A stretch of DNA of 40,945 nucleotides, from positions 1-40,945 of the forward strand of contig JASFQI010000003.1 of assembly GCA_050115555.1 (NCBI GenBank), given 5' to 3'. Source of the DNA: Desulfobacteraceae bacterium. Lineage in GTDB: Bacteria; Desulfobacterota; DSM-4660; Desulfatiglandales; HGW-15. A program made the translations under genes and the position numbers. Position 1 is the stretch's first letter. Each line of letters begins with the position of its first letter. The notes under the pieces are model-generated. The model ran no database searches. It saw nothing but the letters and a program-made list of their open reading frames with translations, and was not told the DNA's origin. Positions 10,054-18,964 of the stretch are shown piece after piece.

Positions 10054-10233
10054 GGGCGGGCTGAAATGTACAGGGAACCGCGTCGGGCAAGCCGGAGAAA
10101 TACACGTGCATTCGACGATACTCATCCATACAAGGCTCTCTGACCTCTTGCTCGACGGGGGCTTGCGCATGCGGCTTCTGGAAACCAGCCCCTGGCGCAG
10201 GACCCTCATGACAACCCCTCGAGGACAATACAC

Positions 10234-12444
10234 GTGACCAGAAAAGGGAAGAAATCCCCTCCGAAACCTTCCGCCCCTTCGCCCATCCGCCGGGAAATTC
10301 GGGGCATTGTGTTCCTGCTCATCGCCCTGATCCTGGGTGTGAGCCTGTTCTCCTATCACCCGGGAGACCCGTTGCTCTGGAGCGCATCCCCGGAAGACGC
10401 AAAAAATGCACACAATCTCTTCGGCCCGCTGGGTGCACACCTGGCCGGCAGTCTATTCTTCGTCCTGGGATTTTCCTCCCTCTGGCTCGTGGCCGTTTTC
10501 CTGGCCACGGCCCTCTTTGCCTTCCTGAACCGATCCATGTCGTCTCCTCTGGTGAACGCAGGCGCCGTATTATGCCTCGTGGTGTCGTGCTCCGGCCTTC
10601 TGAATCTTCAGTTCCCGGGCTCCGTCCCCTTTCGCGGCGGCGAGGTGATCAGCGGCGGTCTGGTGGGACTTCACGTGGCCGGTGTCATGAGCGAGACGCT
10701 GAACGGATTCGGAGCGAACGTGCTTCTCGGCGCCGTGTTCCTCATCGCTTTGATGGTGACCACACGGCTTTCCTTCGGCCGTCTGTTCTCGCGGGTCTAC
10801 ACGGCCTTCATCCTCCTGGTGCGAGCCCTTCGGGAAATCATCGGGAAGCACCGGGAACGGAAGCGGAAAAAGCGGGCGCGAACGGCCACGTTGAAGAATC
10901 AGAAGGCGCGGTCGAGACGCAAGCTCACGATCGTGGAACCGCCCAAAGAGCCACCGAAGACGCCCGAGCAGGAGTCCTTCGCCTTCATGAAAACAGCCGG
11001 GGGCTTCACCTTGCCCGATCTCGATCTCCTCGACGATCCTCCGGAAAAAGAGGGCCGGGACATCGAGCGGGAGAGTCTGGAGATGAATGCGCGTCTCCTC
11101 GAGCGAAAGCTGGCAGACTTCAGCGTGGATGGAGAAGTCCAGGAGATCCTGCCGGGCCCCGTGATCACCATGTACGAGTTCAAGCCGGCGCCCGGCATCA
11201 AAATCAGCAAAATCGCCGGACTTGCCGACGATCTGGCCCTGGCCCTTCGGGCCTCCGGCGTCCGTATCGTTGCGCCCATACCGGGGAAAGCGGCCATCGG
11301 TATCGAGATCCCCAACAATCAGCGGGAGCCTGTCTTCCTCAAGGAAATCCTGTCCTCCCCGGCCTACAAGTCCTCCAAGCACCGCCTGACCGTCGCCCTA
11401 GGCAAGGACATCACCGGCGCTCCCGTGACGGCGGACCTCGCCCGTATGCCGCACCTGCTGGTGGCCGGTGCCACAGGCACGGGCAAGAGCGTCTGTCTCA
11501 ACGCCATGATCAACAGCCTTCTTTTCAAGGCATCTCCGGACATGGTCCGCTTCCTGATGATCGATCCCAAGCGTATCGAGCTGTCTGTTTACGGAGACAT
11601 TCCCCACCTCCTCCATCCGGTCGTCACCCAACCGGCGGATGCCACCAAGGCACTGCGCTGGGCAGTGGAAGAAATGGAACGTCGCTACGGTCTCCTTTCG
11701 GATCGGGGCGTGCGAAACATCGACGCGTACAACCGTCTGGCCCTCAAGACTCCGCCTTCGTCCCAGAATTTGGACGAGGGCATCACCAGGCCCCTTCCTT
11801 ACATCGTCGTGCTCATCGATGAATTGGCCGATCTCATGATGGCCGCCTCCAAGGACGTGGAAGACGCCATCATGCGGCTCGCCCAAATGGCCCGGGCCGC
11901 AGGCATTCATCTGATTATCGCAACCCAGCGGCCCTCTGTGGACGTTCTCACCGGGATCATCAAGGCCAACCTCCCCACACGGATCTCGTTCCAGGTCACT
12001 TCCAAGGTGGACTCCCGCACGATCCTGGACTCCATTGGAGCGGAGCACCTCCTCGGTGAAGGGGACATGCTTTACATGCCCCCGGGGGTCGGCCGACTGA
12101 CCCGCATCCATGGGGCGTTCATCTCGGAACAGGAGGTGAAAAGGGTCACGGATTTTCTGAGGGAGCAGATGAAGCCCGAGTACGATCCGGCCATCCTGGA
12201 AAAGATGGCCCAAGCCGACGAACCCGATGAAGCAGACATCGCGGAAATGGACGAGAAGTATGAAAAGGCCGTGGACATCGTGATCCGCACAGGCCAGGCC
12301 TCGATCTCCGGACTTCAGAGGAAGCTTCGGGTGGGATACAACCGGGCGGCCCGCATGATCGAGGTCATGGAGAGACAGGGCATCGTGGGCCCCTCGGACG
12401 GCGTGCGGCCCCGCGAGGTTCTCGGCCGCAGGGAGGAAGGATGA
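10234..12444 (+). CDS. ftsK: DNA translocase FtsK
   Basis: N-terminal 4TM region, MPHLLVAGATGTGKS, IDPK, IDELADLMM, ATQRPSVDV, and gamma domain LQRKLRVGYNRAAR. Confidence 0.96.
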   Translation: MTRKGKKSPPKPSAPSPIRREIRGIVFLLIALILGVSLFSYHPGDPLLWSASPEDAKNAHNLFGPLGAHLAGSLFFVLGFSSLWLVAVFLATALFAFLNRSMSSPLVNAGAVLCLVVSCSGLLNLQFPGSVPFRGGEVISGGLVGLHVAGVMSETLNGFGANVLLGAVFLIALMVTTRLSFGRLFSRVYTAFILLVRALREIIGKHRERKRKKRARTATLKNQKARSRRKLTIVEPPKEPPKTPEQESFAFMKTAGGFTLPDLDLLDDPPEKEGRDIERESLEMNARLLERKLADFSVDGEVQEILPGPVITMYEFKPAPGIKISKIAGLADDLALALRASGVRIVAPIPGKAAIGIEIPNNQREPVFLKEILSSPAYKSSKHRLTVALGKDITGAPVTADLARMPHLLVAGATGTGKSVCLNAMINSLLFKASPDMVRFLMIDPKRIELSVYGDIPHLLHPVVTQPADATKALRWAVEEMERRYGLLSDRGVRNIDAYNRLALKTPPSSQNLDEGITRPLPYIVVLIDELADLMMAASKDVEDAIMRLAQMARAAGIHLIIATQRPSVDVLTGIIKANLPTRISFQVTSKVDSRTILDSIGAEHLLGEGDMLYMPPGVGRLTRIHGAFISEQEVKRVTDFLREQMKPEYDPAILEKMAQADEPDEADIAEMDEKYEKAVDIVIRTGQASISGLQRKLRVGYNRAARMIEVMERQGIVGPSDGVRPREVLGRREEG

Positions 12445-13175
12445 GACAGGCGGAAGAAAGGCAAGCGACACGGGCAGATCGACATGGAATCATTACCCGG
12501 TTTCCCCTCTGGCTCGTTGGATGTTTTGCAGCGCTGATCGTGTCCGTTCCCGGTTCGAGTCCCGGGATCGCAGACCCGGCAAAGGAGGTCATCGATTGCC
12601 TGCGTGCGGAGTACGGCGATCTCAAAGGATTCAGTGTTTCCTACGAGCGCGAGATCCTTTCCTCCTCCATGGCACTCCTCGGCGGACCTACCGCCGGAGA
12701 CCGTGCTTCCGGGCGCATTTATTTCCGTCCGCCACACTTTTTAAAAATCTCGCAGGAAGTCCCAAAGCCCGAGACCGTGGTGACCAATGGAGAAACCCTT
12801 TGGTGGTACCTTCCTCACAAGCAGGAGGTGCACCGGTACCGCTCCGAGGACGTGGGACGCGAGCTCCACGCACTCGCGGACGTCTTTAGAGGACTGAAAG
12901 AGGTCTCGGAGAGCTTCGAGGTTCTCTGGGAGGGGCATACCGAACAGGGCGACCGAAAAATTCGACTTGTCCCGGACCCGCCCTGGGCCGAAACGGATCA
13001 CATCAGCCTGACGGTCACCACGGAATGCCGCCTCCGGGTCGTGGCCATCCACAACACCGTGGGCAACGTGACGCGCTTCATCCTGGGGCCCCTTGAGCCA
13101 CGGGAAGAGTTCGAGGAGGGGTTCTTCACCTTCTCCGTGCCCGAGGGCGTGCGGGTGAAGGACGAAACGCCCTGA
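12441..13175 (+). CDS. lolA: Outer-membrane lipoprotein carrier LolA family protein
   Basis: ATGA overlap with the ftsK stop, matching the conserved ftsK-lolA order. Signal-like hydrophobic segment, G.IYFRPP, VVTNGETLWWY, and C-terminal FTFSVPEGVRV. Confidence 0.85.
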   Translation: MRQAEERQATRADRHGIITRFPLWLVGCFAALIVSVPGSSPGIADPAKEVIDCLRAEYGDLKGFSVSYEREILSSSMALLGGPTAGDRASGRIYFRPPHFLKISQEVPKPETVVTNGETLWWYLPHKQEVHRYRSEDVGRELHALADVFRGLKEVSESFEVLWEGHTEQGDRKIRLVPDPPWAETDHISLTVTTECRLRVVAIHNTVGNVTRFILGPLEPREEFEEGFFTFSVPEGVRVKDETP

Positions 13176-13267
13176 TTCTGCCGACCCTTCCCACCCCTGT
13201 TTTCCCGAGGAAACGCCCTCTCCGGTTCATGCCGGAAGCGGAGACGATGTAGGAACCGTAAGGACGG

Positions 13268-13833
13268 CCGTGTTCGTGGTTCGTGAATCGTGTTCGTAAA
13301 AGATGGACACTTACCTCATTCAGCCGCCTGACAGAGCACCATGCCCTACTTGCACCAAAGCCAAGACAGAAGGCTATCGGTAGCCCCTGGAGCGGAGGCG
13401 GCGGGTGAACCGTCTCAAGGAGCGAGACGCAGAGGCCAGGAATCGACTCGGTCCGGCAATCCCTGGAGCCCCGGAACCGAAAGCGAGGCGTGTGTCGAAG
13501 CCCCCGTGGTGCAACTCCCCGAAGGGTGAAACGCCTTCCCGAACGCCGACGATTCCCGCTCAGGGCGGCCGATTCAGACGCCACCGTACTCTGGCGGAGC
13601 GACGGCGAGACGGTTTCTCCCGGTGCCGGAGCGGACCTGACTTCCGTGCTCGTGATTCGTGGTTCGTGTTCGTGACAACTCAAGACCCAAAAGAAGTCGG
13701 TCTCTTTCGCCCCTGGAGCGGACCCAGGTTCCGTGCTCGTGATTCGTGATTCGTGACTCGTGTTCGGGAAAGTCTAAATCGAGTGTGCGTACCGTGCCGC
13801 TCACGCGGGATCGAGTACGAGTACGAGCACGAT
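13268..13833. repeat. Blocks of 6/7-nt TCGTG-unit short tandem repeats plus longer direct repeats in a non-coding gap
   Basis: Blocks at 13268-13297, 13644-13675 and 13731-13766, and an inverted block TCGAGTACGAGTACGAGCACGAT at 13811-13833. GGAGCGGACC-N4-TTCCGTGCTCGTGATTCGTG occurs at 13628 and 13715. Confidence 0.85.
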
Positions 13834-13917
13834 CATTGGGAGGATTTCCACTCCCCTGGGCCGGGCCGATTGCATGGGCCGTTTTTCACGGGAAGAACCT
13901 GCCGGAGGGGAAAAAGC

Positions 13918-15117
13918 TTACGACTCGCGCAGCTCGCTTGCCAGGATGTGACCTGCACGGTTGAGGCGTCTCAGGCTGCTCACCGGAAGGTGATGGTGAA
14001 CGTACGGCAGGACCGTGTACATGCCCTTGAAAAGGGGAAGGCCCTCCGAATCCCCGGCAACGGGGTTGAGCCAGATCACCCGCCGGGCCTTTCGACGAAG
14101 GGTCGCCATTTCCCGGGCGAGCATGGCTTTGGCCCCCAGGTCCCAGCCGTCGCTCAGGATCACGACCACGGTACGGAGGTTTACCAGACGGTCGCAGAAG
14201 TCCCGGTTGAACTGGCTCAGCGAGTACCCGATCCGCGTCCCCCCGGACCAGTCTGGGGTTGCTTGGGATATACGGTCGAGAGCATCGTCTACATCGTAAT
14301 GCCGAAGGATCGAAGAAATGGGGGTAAGCGTAGTGGAAAAGACGAACACCTCGCTCCTCACACCGCTCCCCTTGATGCCCATGAGAAAGGGAAGGACAAA
14401 CCGGGCGTACCGATCCATGGAGCCGCTCACATCCGCAAGCAGGACCAGCCGGCGAAGGCGTTTTCGCTTCCGCCGGTAGTGCACCCGAAGGGGAATGCCT
14501 TCGGATTTCATGCTCTCCCGAACCGTGCGTCGGAAGTCCATGTGGCGCGGTTTTCGCGAGGGGCGCCTTCGACGCGAGGCAGCGAAACGGAACGGCGTGA
14601 TCATGTTCTTGAGGGCGAGGCGGGCGAACCGGAGGTCCTCAGGCCGAAGCCTCTCGAACGTCTGGGTTTCAAAGGAAGGCACAGGGCTGTAAATGGCCCC
14701 TTGCCGAGTCACCTGCTCCTCGAATCGTTCTATGTCCTCCTCGTCCCCGGATGCAATGGGGCCTCCGACCGGGAGCTCACGAAACACGGCATCACCAAGG
14801 GGGTTTTCCTTCAAGCCCTCCCCTTGGCCTGGTTGATCCGGGTACCCGAAAAGAGAAGCGTCGCTCCAAAACGTGTCGAAGAGCTCCGGAAAGAGCCTCC
14901 ACTCCAGGTCGGAATGGACGAGCGTCGCCCGAAGCCCGTGGAAAACGTCTTCCCGGCAGGTGATGTCCAGCGCATCCAGAGCCCGCACGGCCTCGGCCAC
15001 GGTGGAAGGAAACACGTTGAACCCGTGCCGTCTGAGAACCCCGGAGAAGTGTACGACACGGCGAACCAACCCGTCGTTCCTGTCTCCAGCTGATTTGCCG
15101 CGTGAAGACAGACTCAC
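13918..15117 (-). CDS. CoxE-like VWA domain protein
   Basis: MDFRRTVR, MIDAS DVSGSM, WSGGTRIG, ILSDGWD, WLNP. The GTG start overlaps the upstream TGA. Confidence 0.9.
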   Translation of the reverse strand: MSLSSRGKSAGDRNDGLVRRVVHFSGVLRRHGFNVFPSTVAEAVRALDALDITCREDVFHGLRATLVHSDLEWRLFPELFDTFWSDASLFGYPDQPGQGEGLKENPLGDAVFRELPVGGPIASGDEEDIERFEEQVTRQGAIYSPVPSFETQTFERLRPEDLRFARLALKNMITPFRFAASRRRRPSRKPRHMDFRRTVRESMKSEGIPLRVHYRRKRKRLRRLVLLADVSGSMDRYARFVLPFLMGIKGSGVRSEVFVFSTTLTPISSILRHYDVDDALDRISQATPDWSGGTRIGYSLSQFNRDFCDRLVNLRTVVVILSDGWDLGAKAMLAREMATLRRKARRVIWLNPVAGDSEGLPLFKGMYTVLPYVHHHLPVSSLRRLNRAGHILASELRES

Positions 15118-16034
15118 GCCCCGCCCCTCACATCCAGATAAGCGGCGCGCTCCTGGGGATCGTTCCAGATCTCCTCCTCGAAACGACGAATGTCATCCTG
15201 ATACTTCAGAATGCACCCGAGGGTTTCCCGAACCAAGTCCTCGTCCAGGCGGAAACGCTCCAGCGTCATGACTGCAGCGGCCCAGTCCAGCGTTTCCGCT
15301 ACCCCGGGTTGCTTCAGGAAATCCACTTCCCGAATCCGCTGCATGAATCCCGTGATCTGCGCGGCCAGCCTTTCCTCGATCCCAGGGAGTCTCTCGGTAA
15401 TGATGCGGATTTCCTTCTCGTAAGAGGGGTAGTCGATCCAGTGATACAAACAGCGTCGCTTCAAGGCGTCATGTACATCCCGGGTGCGGTTGGACGTCAC
15501 AACGACCATGGGCCGTTTGTTGGCCTTCAGCGTCCCGATCTCGGGGATGGTGATCTGGAAGTCAGCCAATACCTCCAGCAGGAAAGCCTCGAACTCCTCG
15601 TCTGCACGATCGATTTCGTCGATCAGCAGGACCGGAGACCGGCCGTTGGAAGCTGTGATGGCCTCCAGGAGAGGACGCCGGATCAGGAAATCAGATCCGT
15701 AGATCGTTCGCTCGATCTCATCATGGCCCTTCCCCTCCTGTTCCGCCATTCGTATGTGGAGAAGCTGTTTTGGGTAGTTCCACTCATAAAGGGCCGTGGA
15801 CGCGTCCAGGCCTTCATAGCACTGAAGGCGAATCAAGTCCGTGCCGAAAAGGTCTGCCAGGACTACGGCCACCTCGGTTTTTCCTACTCCAGGCTCTCCT
15901 TCCAGGAAGAGGGGTTTTTCAAGGCGATGGGCGAGAAAGAGCACCGTCGCCAGTGCCCGGTCCGCAATGTAACGGCCCGACTGCAAGGCATTCTCCACCT
16001 GGGCGGAAGATGCGAATTCAAGCTCCGATTCCAT
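15114..16034 (-). CDS. MoxR/CoxD-family AAA+ ATPase
   Basis: Walker A GEPGVGKT, RLQCYEGLD, LYEWNY, Walker B LIDEIDR, TSNRTR, ALKRRC, PGVAET. Start refined to ATG 16034 (GAGGT RBS). Confidence 0.92.
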   Translation of the reverse strand: MESELEFASSAQVENALQSGRYIADRALATVLFLAHRLEKPLFLEGEPGVGKTEVAVVLADLFGTDLIRLQCYEGLDASTALYEWNYPKQLLHIRMAEQEGKGHDEIERTIYGSDFLIRRPLLEAITASNGRSPVLLIDEIDRADEEFEAFLLEVLADFQITIPEIGTLKANKRPMVVVTSNRTRDVHDALKRRCLYHWIDYPSYEKEIRIITERLPGIEERLAAQITGFMQRIREVDFLKQPGVAETLDWAAAVMTLERFRLDEDLVRETLGCILKYQDDIRRFEEEIWNDPQERAAYLDVRGGA

Positions 16035-16192
16035 ATGATCTACCTCACTCCGGTTCCACTGAGTCACGGGGGCGCCATTGTACCACAAGGCAGAGACGAT
16101 TTCCCCTGACAGAGAAAAGGATATTCCATTTCCTTTTTTTACCGTTTTCGCGGAAGGAAAAACCCGGATGGACAAGGAATTCTACATGCATG

Positions 16193-16260
16193 AATATTGC
16201 TCGCTCAGCTCTCTCTCCCGCTTTAGCGGGATGAAGGATGCGCGAGCGGAAGGTTTCCCT
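16193..16260. repeat. Dispersed intergenic repeat copy with a short inverted partner
   Basis: CCCGCTTTAGCGGGATGAAGGATGCGCGAGCGGAAGGTTTC, preceded by TTGCTCGCTC (the inverted core). Confidence 0.55.
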
Positions 16261-16369
16261 GGGCAATCCGGTCAGCGCCCCTGCCGAATGATACCGGGAA
16301 AGGCTCAGAAAACGTCAGAGAAGTTCATGAAGAGCTGGTTGACCAGGGGCGTTTTCGAACTGCACGCGA

Positions 16370-16663
16370 TCACTTTTTCTTGAACAGCGCTTCCAGCGCG
16401 TCCATCGCATCCCCGCGAGCCTGCCCATATCCCCCGGTTCGTTTCATCTTGGTTCCTCGGGGCACGAAGAAGTCACAGAAATTCGCCCGCTCCTTGTCTC
16501 GAATCCTTTCGGCACTCACCTCCCGGCAATCGTTGTAGGCATGTGGATCGTAGTGAGCGCACTGCTTGCAACAGCGCAAATCCCGGCCGCACCGGGGGCA
16601 CGTATCTTTTCGACTCACCTTCCCGTGAAGGTCGACCCGAAATCCGCAAAAGGCGCAGTTCAT
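16370..16663 (-). CDS. Small Cys-rich hypothetical protein
   Basis: 97 aa with CAFC, CPRC, CCKQC, C and NFCDFF. A GAGGA RBS-like sequence lies upstream. Confidence 0.8.
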   Translation of the reverse strand: MNCAFCGFRVDLHGKVSRKDTCPRCGRDLRCCKQCAHYDPHAYNDCREVSAERIRDKERANFCDFFVPRGTKMKRTGGYGQARGDAMDALEALFKKK

Positions 16664-16847
16664 GACTTGCCGATCCTCCGTTTCTTATCGTTCCGCAGTC
16701 CCTTGATCTCCATCTTCGCGTGTCCTCCTTGTGTGCGTGAGCTTTACAATCCCGGTCGTCCGGCCTAGGATGGTTTTATACAGAAAAGGGCTTTTCCAGG
16801 GAACCTTCGGATGTTCTCCTTCGGGGTACGTTCAGGCGCTGAGGGCC

Positions 16848-17279
16848 ATGACCTCCAAACGCAGCCTACATTACGAACCCATCAATCACACGGCGGACCT
16901 GGGGGTGCGCCTCCGCGGAAAGACGTTAAAAGAGCTTTTCGTGAACGCCGCCAAGGCCCTGATGGAGCTTCTGGTCTCCTTTGACCCGTCGGAAAGCGGG
17001 CAGGTCGTGCCTCTGACCGTCTCGGGTGACGATACGATCGACCTGTTGGTCCGCTGGCTGGGAGAAATCCTTTACCTCTATGAGGGCGATTCCTTGCTGG
17101 TTACGGACGTGGTCATCGAAGACATGACCCCCGTCCGTGTGGATGCTTTACTGTGGACGCTTCCTTTGAATGAAACCTCTCATGAGTGTTTAACCGACAT
17201 CAAGGCCGTCACGTATCATCAGGCGAATGTAATCACCAAGGAAGACCACTGGGAGGCCTGCGTGATTTTCGACGTATGA
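16848..17279 (+). CDS. Archease (RtcB activator)
   Basis: N-terminal HTAD, C-terminal IKAVTYH and terminal FDV. Lies directly upstream of rtcB. Start refined to ATG 16848. Confidence 0.93.
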   Translation: MTSKRSLHYEPINHTADLGVRLRGKTLKELFVNAAKALMELLVSFDPSESGQVVPLTVSGDDTIDLLVRWLGEILYLYEGDSLLVTDVVIEDMTPVRVDALLWTLPLNETSHECLTDIKAVTYHQANVITKEDHWEACVIFDV

Positions 17280-17410
17280 AAATGCTCCATTCGCTCAACC
17301 CTCATCCGCCTGCGGCTGAAGTGCAGTGTCGGCGGGCAATACTCACGCAGCAGAATGTCTAATCCTTTTTTATCTCCCGTAGTCCCGCCGCAGGCGGGTG
17401 ATGAGAATCA
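17277..17410. repeat. Inverted pair of the dispersed repeat between archease and rtcB
   Basis: CCGCCTGCGGC (17306-17316) pairs with GCCGCAGGCGG (17387-17397). GAAAATGCT at 17278 is the inverted family end, and ATCTCCCGTAGTCCC resembles the 26945 copy. Confidence 0.65.
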
Positions 17411-17418
17411 ATCCTGCA

Positions 17419-18858
17419 ATGGACATTCGACTTGAAAAACTGGATGCCTATCGATGGCATCTCCCGAAAACCGGGAACATGCGCGTCCCTGGACGAATCT
17501 ACTCGAGCCCCTTCCTGATCGAAGCGGTCCGGAGGGATCAGAGCCTGGTTCAAGTGGCGAACGTGGCAACGCTTCCGGGCATTGTGGGCGCATCGATCGC
17601 CATGCCCGACGTCCATTGGGGCTACGGTTTCCCCATCGGCGGCGTTGCGGCCTTTCTTCCGGACGAGGGGGTCATTTCTCCGGGCGGCGTCGGGTATGAC
17701 ATCAACTGCGGCTGTCGCCTCATGACCACTTCCCTTCGCGCGAGCGAGATGAGGCCGCTTCTCCGTGAGCTCGTGAACGCCCTGTTTAGAGATATCCCGG
17801 CTGGTGTGGGGTCTACGGGTGCTATTCATCTGTCCCCCAAGGCACAGGCACGCGTGGCCTTGGAAGGGGCCGCCTGGGCAGCAAAAAACGGTTTCGGTTC
17901 GCGAGCCGACCTCGAGAGGACGGAAGACGGCGGCACCATGCAGGGTGCCGATCCCGGCGTACTGAGTGAGCGTGCCGTAAAACGAGGTCTGAACCAGCTC
18001 GGCACATTGGGCTCGGGCAACCATTTTCTGGAAATCCAGGCTGTAGACCGCATTTTCGACGAGGAAGCCGCCCGTGTTTTCCGACTCCGGAAAGGACAGA
18101 TCACTCTCCAGATTCACACCGGATCCAGGGGATTCGGCCATCAGATCTGTGATGATTTTCTCAAGGAAATGTCACACAGGGTCTCGTCCTATGGCATCGA
18201 GCTACCCGATCGACAGCTTGCCTGTGCGCCCCTCCGCTCCGATCTGGCCAGGCGCTACCTTTCCGCCATGGCCTGTGCCGCCAATTTCGCGTGGGCCAAC
18301 CGCCAGGTTCTCATGAGCCGCGCACAGGAAACCCTTCTGAAGACCCTGGGAATTCCTCCGAGCGAACTCGCCATGGAACTCCTTTACGACGTCTGCCACA
18401 ATATCGCGAAAGTTGAACAGCACGATGTGGATGGGAGTTCCGTCAACCTCTGTGTCCATCGCAAAGGAGCCACGCGGGCTCTTCCCCCGGGGCATCCGGA
18501 TCTCCCCCCTCTTTATCGTGAAACCGGCCAGCCCGTGCTCATCCCCGGAGACATGGGTACCTATTCCTTTGTCCTTGCGGGGGCGCCAGGCGCCATGGGG
18601 GAAACTTTCGCATCCACCTGCCACGGCGCCGGTCGGATCTTGAGCCGGGGGCAAGCCACAAAAAGGGCCAAAGGACGGGCAATCCATCGCGAACTGGAAG
18701 ACAAAGGCATCTTTGTGCAATCCAAGGGCAAAAAAACCTTGAAAGAAGAAATGCCCGAAGCGTATAAGGACGTTTCCCAGGTCGTTGAAGCGGTGCACCA
18801 GGCTGGTCTGGCACGCATGGTTGCCCGCCTGCGACCACTCGGGGTGATCAAAGGGTGA
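17419..18858 (+). CDS. rtcB: RNA ligase RtcB (3'-phosphate/5'-OH ligase)
   Basis: MPDVHWGYGFPIGG, GYDINCG, GTLGSGNHF, IHTGSRG, HNIAK, HRKGAT, IPGDMG, STCHGAGR, EEMPEAYKD. The metal and guanylylation residues are present. Confidence 0.96.
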   Translation: MDIRLEKLDAYRWHLPKTGNMRVPGRIYSSPFLIEAVRRDQSLVQVANVATLPGIVGASIAMPDVHWGYGFPIGGVAAFLPDEGVISPGGVGYDINCGCRLMTTSLRASEMRPLLRELVNALFRDIPAGVGSTGAIHLSPKAQARVALEGAAWAAKNGFGSRADLERTEDGGTMQGADPGVLSERAVKRGLNQLGTLGSGNHFLEIQAVDRIFDEEAARVFRLRKGQITLQIHTGSRGFGHQICDDFLKEMSHRVSSYGIELPDRQLACAPLRSDLARRYLSAMACAANFAWANRQVLMSRAQETLLKTLGIPPSELAMELLYDVCHNIAKVEQHDVDGSSVNLCVHRKGATRALPPGHPDLPPLYRETGQPVLIPGDMGTYSFVLAGAPGAMGETFASTCHGAGRILSRGQATKRAKGRAIHRELEDKGIFVQSKGKKTLKEEMPEAYKDVSQVVEAVHQAGLARMVARLRPLGVIKG

Positions 18859-18964
18859 GACTGACGCCACGCGTGCATTTCCGCACACAGCGTTGCCATA
18901 CTCTACCAGCCCTTCCGGCAAGGGTCAACTGAAAACCGGCGTGATAAAATGGAAGGGGGTTCCC

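Noticed and set aside
13268-13833. CRISPR array
   Set aside because: Only two good copies of the long repeat, irregular spacing, internal micro-repeat structure, and no cas genes.
8770-16109. Long alternative-frame ORFs (8770-10440, 10572-11822, 11398-12471, 13753-15093, 15102-16109)
   Set aside because: They overlap well-supported genes, show no motifs, and are expected in high-GC DNA.
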